Origin: a virus
Lineage: Duplodnaviria > Heunggongvirae > Uroviricota > Caudoviricetes
Reading direction: 5' to 3' (one strand)
DNA: 4,481 nucleotides
IMG/VR virus record: IMGVR_UViG_2700989487_000011
The notes beneath the pieces are model-generated. The model saw only the letters and a list, made by a program, of their open reading frames with translations, ran no database searches and was not told the DNA's origin. The position numbers and the translations under genes are program-made. How positions within the stretch are numbered: the stretch's first letter is position 1; every line of letters starts with the position of its first letter. Shown here one piece after another: positions 1 to 4,481 of the stretch.

Positions 1-283
1 CGGAAGCCTGGCGAAGGATATCGTTACTGCGGCGCAGTTCACGATTTTCACGTTCCAGCTCTTTCAGACGCTGACGTTCAGCGGTGGTGAGTCCACCATC
101 ACCACTCCCGGTATCCCGCTCATGCTGACGAACCCACACACGCAGAGTCTCTGGTGTACAGCCAATCTTTGGGGCAATGGAACAAATTGCCGCCCATTGT
201 GAGTCATATTCGCCCTGACTTTCCAGAACCATACGAACTGCCCGTTGACGGACCTCGGGGGAAAAACGTGTATTTTTAGTCAT
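1..283 (-). CDS. IS3-family transposase OrfA, N-terminal 94 codons (partial, runs off the window)
   Basis: Hand translation from the ATG at 283-281: [94 protein letters not shown], no stop before position 1. RBS AGAGGT lies just upstream. Not in the ORF track because it is incomplete. Confidence 0.85.
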   Translation of the reverse strand, partial: MTKNTRFSPEVRQRAVRMVLESQGEYDSQWAAICSIAPKIGCTPETLRVWVRQHERDTGSGDGGLTTAERQRLKELERENRELRRSNDILRQAS

Positions 284-299
284 CCTGTTTACCTCTTTC

Positions 300-337
300 T
301 CAGGGAGTTTAGTCTCCAGGATTCCCGGGGCGGTTCA
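300..337 (-). repeat. Terminal inverted repeat (left end) of the IS3-family element
   Basis: Element terminus TGAACCGCCCCGGG... at 337 downward, immediately upstream of the orfA RBS. The inner boundary of the repeat is approximate because the partner end is outside the window. Confidence 0.55.
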
Positions 338-348
338 ATTTGATTTGC

Positions 349-846
349 ATGACAGTTTCAGGCCTGATCTTTATTTTCCTTTTCTTCTGGTGGCGGGCAG
401 ATATTTACAGGGTCACGTTTCTTAATCAGAGTATATCCCACTATTACATTCTGTTTAGCATGGGAATAGCTTTTCTGTTATCTCTGTTTTGGGTTAAGAA
501 GGGGATAGTAAAACAAAGCGGCTGGAAGAGTCTGTCAGCATACCTTAAGGTTTATGCAGGGATGTGCATATTTGCTGGATTTTTTCTGATTATACCCCTT
601 ACAACACTAACTTATTTTTTGCCTGGAGAGACATCGTCTTATGTTGCACCGTATCGGTATACTTCCGGTAGTTCAAAAAGTTGTTCTGGAGCTGAGGTGG
701 ATGACCCCGATCTACATGAGAATATTCGCATTTGCTATCCGTATGGCAATTATGAGTACGATAATATTATCTATGTTGAAAAGAAAATTAATACATTAGG
801 TGCGGTAGTAACATATGCACAGACCGCGCGTGATGATACTGAATGA
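349..846 (+). CDS. Small integral membrane protein of unknown function (3 predicted TM helices, about 70-aa hydrophilic Cys-containing C-terminal domain); prophage accessory gene
   Basis: ORF track 340..846, but codon 340 is TTG; the first ATG is at 349 (MTVSGLIFIFLFFWW...). Hydrophobic stretches at about residues 4-15, 31-49 and 63-90, with a K-rich loop between helices 2 and 3. About 40% GC by hand count. No obvious Shine-Dalgarno; the IS end is 11 bp upstream. Confidence 0.6.
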   Translation: MTVSGLIFIFLFFWWRADIYRVTFLNQSISHYYILFSMGIAFLLSLFWVKKGIVKQSGWKSLSAYLKVYAGMCIFAGFFLIIPLTTLTYFLPGETSSYVAPYRYTSGSSKSCSGAEVDDPDLHENIRICYPYGNYEYDNIIYVEKKINTLGAVVTYAQTARDDTE

Positions 847-880
847 GATAGTATATAGCGGGCAAGTTTTAGTTAATTTA

Positions 881-915
881 TCGAGGTAATATAATTTACC
901 TCGACTCGTTTATTC
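881..915 (+). terminator. Candidate intrinsic terminator downstream of the membrane-protein ORF
   Basis: Perfect 9-bp inverted repeat TCGAGGTAA (881-889) / TTACCTCGA (896-904) with 6-nt loop TATAAT, followed by CTCGTTTATTCT. It sits 35 nt after the 846 stop. The stem is AT-rich and the U-tract imperfect. Confidence 0.3.
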
Positions 916-1056
916 TGGTATTAATATTTCGCTTTACGATCGATTTTTATCTGATGATATCATGCGGTTTTCATATACTGACTTACTGTCTTTTCTCCGT
1001 TAGCGATTTTCTCCTGCTCAGCGATGATTTTATCTTTGGCTTCTAGTTAATTTCGC

Positions 1057-1278
1057 TCACTTCGAACCTCTCTGTTTACTGATAAGTTCCAGATCCTCCT
1101 GGCAACTTGCACAAGTCCGACAACCCTGAACGGCCAGGCGTCTTCGCTCATCTATGGGATCGCCACACTCACAACAATGAGTGGCAGATATAGCCTGGTG
1201 GTTCAGGCGGCGCATTTTTATTGCTGTGTTGCGCTGTAATTCTTCAATTTCTGATGCTGAATCAATGATGTCTGCCAT
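1057..1278 (-). CDS. TraR/DksA-family C4 zinc-finger protein (RNA polymerase secondary-channel binder family; possibly a lambda Orf73-type homolog)
   Basis: 73-aa ORF with CxxC-x17-CxxC motif (CCECGDPIDERRRLAVQGCRTCASC), and a size and layout like F-plasmid TraR. The only SD-like sequence, GGAAG, directly abuts the ATG. Confidence 0.7.
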   Translation of the reverse strand: MADIIDSASEIEELQRNTAIKMRRLNHQAISATHCCECGDPIDERRRLAVQGCRTCASCQEDLELISKQRGSK

Positions 1279-1330
1279 CTTCCATTAATCCCTGAATTGT
1301 TGGTTAATACGCTTGAGGGTGAATGCGAAC

Positions 1331-1354
1331 AATAAAAAAGGAGCCTGTAGCTCC
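1331..1354 (-). terminator. Candidate Rho-independent terminator on the minus strand between the hypothetical ORF and the TraR-like gene
   Basis: Minus strand reads GGAGC-TACAG-GCTCC followed by TTTTTTATT (plus-strand A-run 1331-1339). GC-rich 5-bp stem, 5-nt loop, T6 tract, starting about 20 nt after the stop codon at 1377-1379. Confidence 0.4.
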
Positions 1355-1376
1355 CTGATGATTTTGCTTTTCATGC

Positions 1377-1658
1377 TCACCGTTCCTTAAAGACGCCGTT
1401 TAACATGCCGATCGCCAGGCTTAAATGAGTCGGTGTGAATCCCATCAGCGTTACCGTTTCGCGGTGCTTCTTCAGTACGCTACGGCAAATGTCATCGACG
1501 TTTTTATCCGGAAACTGCTGTCTGGCTTTTTTGATTTCAGAATTAGCCTGACGGGCAATACTGCGAAGGGCGTTTTCTTGCTGAGGTGTCATTGAACAAG
1601 TCCCATGTCGGCAAGCATAAGCACACAGAATATGAAGCCCGCTGCCAGAAAAATGCAT
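1377..1658 (-). CDS. Small hypothetical protein in the position of lambda orf61 but apparently not the same gene
   Basis: Open frame of 93 codons from the ATG at 1658. An alternative in-frame ATG at 1592 (MTPQQENALR..., 71 aa) has a weak GGGA upstream. No recognisable motif. Start codon uncertain. Confidence 0.5.
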   Translation of the reverse strand: MHFSGSGLHILCAYACRHGTCSMTPQQENALRSIARQANSEIKKARQQFPDKNVDDICRSVLKKHRETVTLMGFTPTHLSLAIGMLNGVFKER

Positions 1659-1668
1659 TCAGTGGTTG

Positions 1669-1860
1669 TCATACCAGGTCTCTCTCATCTGCTTCTGCTT
1701 TCGCCACCATCATTTCCAGCTTTTGCGAAAGGGATGTGGCTAACGTATGAAATTCTTCGTCTGTTTCTACTGGTATTGGCACAAACCTGACTCCAATTTG
1801 AGCAAGGCTATGTGCCATCTCAATACTCGTTCTTAACTCAACAGGAGATGCTTTGTGCAT
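1669..1860 (-). CDS. orf63: Lambda orf63-type small early protein
   Basis: 63-aa ORF with SD GGGAGG 4-5 nt upstream of the ATG at 1860. Its position and length match lambda orf63 immediately downstream of orf60a in the exo-distal direction. It overlaps orf60a by 28 nt. Confidence 0.7.
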   Translation of the reverse strand: MHKASPVELRTSIEMAHSLAQIGVRFVPIPVETDEEFHTLATSLSQKLEMMVAKAEADERDLV

Positions 1861-2015
1861 ATCGCCTCCCGTTTATTATTTATCTCCTCAGCCAGCCGCT
1901 GGGCTTTCAGCGGATTTCGGATAACAGAAAGGCCGGGAAATACCCAGCCTCGCTTCGTAACGGAGTAGACGAAAGTGATCGTGCCTACGCGGATATTATC
2001 GTGAGGATGCTTCAT
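1833..2015 (-). CDS. orf60a: Lambda orf60a-type small early protein
   Basis: ORF track gives 1833..2021 (MAMKHPH...). SD GGGGAG spacing favours the second ATG at 2015 ([11 protein letters not shown]..., 60 aa). That ATG overlaps the exo stop as tcat at 2012-2015 (ATGA coupling). Confidence 0.75.
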   Translation of the reverse strand: MKHPHDNIRVGTITFVYSVTKRGWVFPGLSVIRNPLKAQRLAEEINNKREAICTKHLLLS

Positions 2016-2692
2016 CGCCATTGCTCCCCAAATACAAAACCAATTTCAGCCAGTGCCTCGTCCATTTTTTCGATGAACTCCGGCACCATCTCGTCAAAAC
2101 CCGCCATGTACTTTTCATCCCGCTCAACCACGACATAATGCAGGCCTTCACGCTTCATACGCGGGTCATAGTTGGCAAAGTACCAGGCATCTTTTCGCGT
2201 CACCCACATGCTGTACTGCACCTGGGCCATGTAAGCCGACTTTATGGCCTCGAAACCACCGAGCCTGAACTTCATGAAATCCCGGGAGGTAAACGGGCAT
2301 TTCAGCTCAAGGCCGTTGCCGTCACTGCATAAACCATCGGGAGAGCAGGCGGTGCGCATACTTTCGTCGCGATAGATGATCGGGGATTCAGTAACATTCA
2401 CGCCGGAAGTGAATTCAAACAGGGTTCTGGCGTCGTTCTCGTACTGTTTTCCCCAGGCCAGCGCCTTAGCATTAACTTCCGGAGCCACACCGGTGCAAAC
2501 CTCAGCCAGCAGGGTGTGGAAGTAGGACATTTTCATGTCAGGCCACTTCTTTCCTGAGCGGGGCTTTGCTATCACGTTGTGAACTTCTGAAGCGGTGATG
2601 ACGCCGAGCCGTAATTTGTGCCATGCATCATCCCCCTGTTCGACAGCTCTCACGTCGATCCCGGTACGCTGCAGGATAATGTCCGGTGTCAT
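2012..2692 (-). CDS. exo: Lambda exonuclease (Red-alpha), 5'-3' dsDNA exonuclease
   Basis: 226-aa ORF ([37 protein letters not shown]...) recognised as lambda Exo. SD AAGGTGG upstream; its ATG overlaps the bet stop (ATGA). Confidence 0.95.
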   Translation of the reverse strand: MTPDIILQRTGIDVRAVEQGDDAWHKLRLGVITASEVHNVIAKPRSGKKWPDMKMSYFHTLLAEVCTGVAPEVNAKALAWGKQYENDARTLFEFTSGVNVTESPIIYRDESMRTACSPDGLCSDGNGLELKCPFTSRDFMKFRLGGFEAIKSAYMAQVQYSMWVTRKDAWYFANYDPRMKREGLHYVVVERDEKYMAGFDEMVPEFIEKMDEALAEIGFVFGEQWR

Positions 2693-3474
2693 GCTGCCAC
2701 CTTCTGCTCAGTGGCTTTCTGTTTCAGGAATCCAAGAGCTTTCACTGCTTCGGCCTGTGTCAGTTCTGACGATGCGCGAATGTCGCGGCGAAATATCTGG
2801 GAACAGAGCGGCAATAAGTCGTCATCCCATGTTTTATCCAGGGCGATTAGCAGAGTGTTAATCTCCTGCATGGTTTCATCGTTAACCGGAGTGATGTCGC
2901 GTTCCGGCTGGCGTTCTGCAGTGTATGCAGTATTTTCGACAATGCGCTCGGCTTCATCCTTGTCATAGATACCAGCAAATCCGAAGGCCAGACGGGCACA
3001 CTGAATCATGGCTTTATGCCGTAACATCCGTTTAGGATGCGACTGCCACGGCCCCGTGATTTCTCTGCCTTCGCGGGTTTTGAATGGTTCGCGGCGGCAT
3101 TCATCCATCCATTCGGTAACGCAGATCGGATGATTACGGTCCTTGCGGTAAATCCGGCATGTACAGGATTCATTGTCCTGCTCAAAGTCCATGCCATCAA
3201 ACTGCTGGTTTTCATTGATGATGCGGGACCAGCCATCAACGCCCACCACCGGAACGATGCCGTTCTGCTTATCAGGGAAGGCGTAAATTTCTTTCGTCCA
3301 CGGATTAAGGCCGTACTGGTTGGCGACGATCAACAATGCGATGAACTGCGCATCGCTGGCATCGCCTTTAAATGCCGTCTGGCGAAGAGTGGTGATCAGT
3401 TCCTGTGGGTCGACAGAATCCATGCCGACACGTTCAGCCAGCTTCCCTGCCAGCGTTGCGAGTGCTGTACTCAT
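2689..3474 (-). CDS. bet: Bet (Red-beta) single-strand annealing recombinase
   Basis: 261-aa ORF ([37 protein letters not shown]...) recognised as lambda Bet. SD GAGGT upstream of the ATG at 3474. Confidence 0.95.
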   Translation of the reverse strand: MSTALATLAGKLAERVGMDSVDPQELITTLRQTAFKGDASDAQFIALLIVANQYGLNPWTKEIYAFPDKQNGIVPVVGVDGWSRIINENQQFDGMDFEQDNESCTCRIYRKDRNHPICVTEWMDECRREPFKTREGREITGPWQSHPKRMLRHKAMIQCARLAFGFAGIYDKDEAERIVENTAYTAERQPERDITPVNDETMQEINTLLIALDKTWDDDLLPLCSQIFRRDIRASSELTQAEAVKALGFLKQKATEQKVAA

Positions 3475-3479
3475 CCGTT

Positions 3480-3896
3480 TTATACCTCTGAATCAATATC
3501 AACCTGATGGTGAGCAATGGTTTCAACCATGTACCGGATGTGTTCTGCCATGCGCTCCTGAAACTCAACATCGTCATCAAACGCACGGGTAATGGCTTTT
3601 TTGCTGGCCCCGTGGCGTTGCAAATGACCGATGCATAGCGATTCAAACAGGTGCTGGGGCAGGCCTTTTTCCATGTCGTCTGCCAGTTCTGCCTCTTTCT
3701 CTTCACGGGCTATCTGCTGGTAGTGACGCGCCCAGCTCTGAGCCTCAAGACGATCCTGAATGTAATAAGCGTTCATGGCCGAACTCCTGAAATAGCTGTG
3801 AAAATATCGCCCGCGAAATGCCGGGCTGATTAGGAAAACAGGAAAGGGGGTTAGTGAATGCTTTTGCTTGATCTCAGTTTCAGTATTAATATCCAT
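3480..3896 (-). CDS. gam: Gam, RecBCD inhibitor (host-nuclease inhibitor)
   Basis: 138-aa ORF ([32 protein letters not shown]...[35 protein letters not shown]...) recognised as lambda Gam. Internal Met41 (MNAYYIQ) corresponds to the short GamS form. Lies 5 nt upstream of bet. Confidence 0.93.
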   Translation of the reverse strand: MDINTETEIKQKHSLTPFPVFLISPAFRGRYFHSYFRSSAMNAYYIQDRLEAQSWARHYQQIAREEKEAELADDMEKGLPQHLFESLCIGHLQRHGASKKAITRAFDDDVEFQERMAEHIRYMVETIAHHQVDIDSEV

Positions 3897-3994
3897 TTTT
3901 TATAAGCGTCGACGGCCTCACGAAACATCTTTTCATCGCCAATAAAAGTGGCGATAGTGAATTTAGTCTGGATAGCCATAATTGTTTGATCCAT
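3851..3994 (-). CDS. kil: Kil, host cell-division inhibitor (FtsZ antagonist)
   Basis: 47-aa [47 protein letters not shown], which is the C-terminal part of the 89-aa track ORF. Good SD CAGGAG about 9 nt upstream of the ATG at 3994. Overlaps the gam start by 46 nt. Confidence 0.8.
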   Translation of the reverse strand: MDQTIMAIQTKFTIATFIGDEKMFREAVDAYKKWILILKLRSSKSIH

Positions 3995-4127
3995 TTTTTG
4001 GGACTCCTGGCTGATTAAGTATGTCGATAAGGCGTTTCCATCCGTCACGTAATTTACGGGTGATTCGTTCAAGTAAAGATTCGGAAGGGCAGCCAGCAAC
4101 AGGCCACCCTGCAATGGCATATTGCAT
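3963..4127 (-). CDS. cIII: CIII, FtsH (HflB) protease inhibitor that stabilises CII
   Basis: Hand translation from the ATG at 4127-4125 gives MQYAIAGWPVAGCPSE..., with stop TAA at 3965-3963 (54 codons). Strong SD AAGGAG upstream. Too short for the ORF track. Overlaps kil out of frame. Confidence 0.85.
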   Translation of the reverse strand: MQYAIAGWPVAGCPSESLLERITRKLRDGWKRLIDILNQPGVPKNGSNNYGYPD

Positions 4128-4199
4128 GGTGTGCTCCTTATTTATACATAACGAAAAACGCCTCGAGTGAAGCGTAATTGGTATGCGGTAACGCCGCGC

Positions 4200-4442
4200 T
4201 CAGGCGGCCTTGATAGTCATATCATCTGAATCAAATATTTCTGATGTATCGATATCGGTAATTCTTATTCCTTCACTACCATCCATTGGAGGCCATCCTT
4301 CCTGACCATTTCCATCATTCCAGTCGAACTCACACACAACACCATATGCATTTAGGTGATGCTGCCAACTTACTGATTTAGTGTATGATGGTGTTTTTGA
4401 GGTGCTCCAGTGGCTTCTGTTTCTATCAGCTGTCCCTCCTGT
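4200..4442 (-). CDS. ea10: Ea10-like protein, C-terminal portion only; no usable start in frame (disrupted or mosaic, possibly a pseudogene)
   Basis: Hand translation of the frame ending at stop TGA (4202-4200): ...SWQHHLNAYGVVCEFDWNDGNGQEGWPPMDGSEGIRITDIDTSEIFDSDDMTIKAA*, matching the lambda Ea10 C-terminus from memory. An in-frame TGA at 4445-4443 closes the frame. The only in-frame ATG is at 4286 and a GTG at 4337. Confidence 0.5.
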   Translation of the reverse strand, partial: TGGTADRNRSHWSTSKTPSYTKSVSWQHHLNAYGVVCEFDWNDGNGQEGWPPMDGSEGIRITDIDTSEIFDSDDMTIKAA

Positions 4443-4481
4443 TCAGCTACTGACGGGGTGGTGCGTAACGGCAAAAGCACT
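4370..4481 (-). CDS. 3' end of an unidentified ORF entering from beyond the right edge (different frame from the ea10 remnant)
   Basis: Hand translation of the alternative minus frame: VLLPLRTTPSVAEQEGQLIETEATGAPQKHHHTLNQ* with stop TAA at 4372-4370, open to the window edge. Product unknown and could be a chance open frame. Confidence 0.3.
   Translation of the reverse strand, partial: VLLPLRTTPSVAEQEGQLIETEATGAPQKHHHTLNQ

Larger units (their letters stand above)
1..337 (-). mobile_element. IS3-family insertion sequence (IS629-like), left end plus 5' part of orfA; the element continues beyond the window start
   Basis: Minus strand reads 5'-TGAACCGCCCCGGGAATCCTGGAGACTAAACTCCCTGAGAAAGAGGTAAACAGG-ATG from position 337 downward. 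This is a typical IS3-family terminus (5'-TG...) with a built-in RBS before orfA. The OrfA translation matches IS629/IS1203-type OrfA from memory. Confidence 0.85.

Noticed and set aside
340-348. TTG start at 340 used by the ORF track for the membrane protein (MICMTV...)
   Set aside because: TTG at 340 begins only 3 nt from the IS terminus and has no RBS; the ATG at 349 is the more conservative start. Neither has a good Shine-Dalgarno, so the start remains uncertain.
867-895. Promoter-like TATAAT hexamer (890-895) with a weak upstream TTTTAG
   Set aside because: The TATAAT is the loop of a perfect hairpin in an AT-rich region, the -35 match is poor, and there is no downstream ORF on that strand; more likely a coincidence or terminator loop.
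1605-2332. Plus-strand ORFs 1605..1790, 1812..2138 and 2021..2332
   Set aside because: All antisense to orf63, orf60a and exo, which have SD sequences and lambda-type products; no independent support.
2595-2968. Two overlapping plus-strand ORFs (88 and 116 aa)
   Set aside because: Antisense to the exo/bet junction and the bet 3' region; Ser/Cys/Arg-rich low-complexity translations consistent with chance open frames.
3037-3507. 156-aa plus-strand ORF
   Set aside because: Lies entirely antisense to the well-supported bet gene, has no RBS and no recognisable product; typical spurious antisense frame in a GC-balanced coding region.
3006-3706. Minus-strand ORFs 3006..3239 (77 aa) and 3434..3706 (90 aa)
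   Set aside because: Out-of-frame overlaps within bet and gam on the same strand; no start signals; chance frames.
3651-3833. 60-aa plus-strand ORF
   Set aside because: Antisense to gam, no RBS.
4150-4176. Possible terminator upstream of the cIII RBS (minus strand ACGC-TTCACTCGAG-GCGT followed by TTTTTCGTT)
   Set aside because: Only a 4-bp stem with a 10-nt loop, too weak to call as an intrinsic terminator from sequence alone; it may instead be part of the structured cIII leader region.
1-4481. Scan for CRISPR arrays, tRNA or rRNA genes and long tandem repeats
   Set aside because: No regularly spaced direct repeats, no cloverleaf-like tRNA candidates and no rRNA-like segments seen; the window is protein-coding phage and IS DNA throughout.

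Overview
Lambda-like prophage segment covering the recombination / early-left gene block, all on the minus strand: an Ea10-like 3' remnant, cIII, kil, gam, bet, exo, orf60a, orf63, a small hypothetical ORF and a TraR/DksA-type zinc-finger gene. The exo, bet, gam, kil and cIII products are recognisably lambda-type, identified from memory without any database search. Left of about 1660 the layout no longer matches lambda as I remember it. An AT-rich segment (about 38% GC by hand count, against about 53% in a sampled bet stretch) carries a plus-strand ORF for a small three-helix membrane protein of unknown function. Positions 1-337 are the end of an IS3-family (IS629-like) insertion sequence whose terminus lies 11 bp from that ORF's ATG. 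No tRNA, rRNA or CRISPR array is present. The best candidate for undescribed biology is this IS-adjacent, compositionally foreign membrane-protein gene; the right edge shows an apparently disrupted or mosaic ea10.
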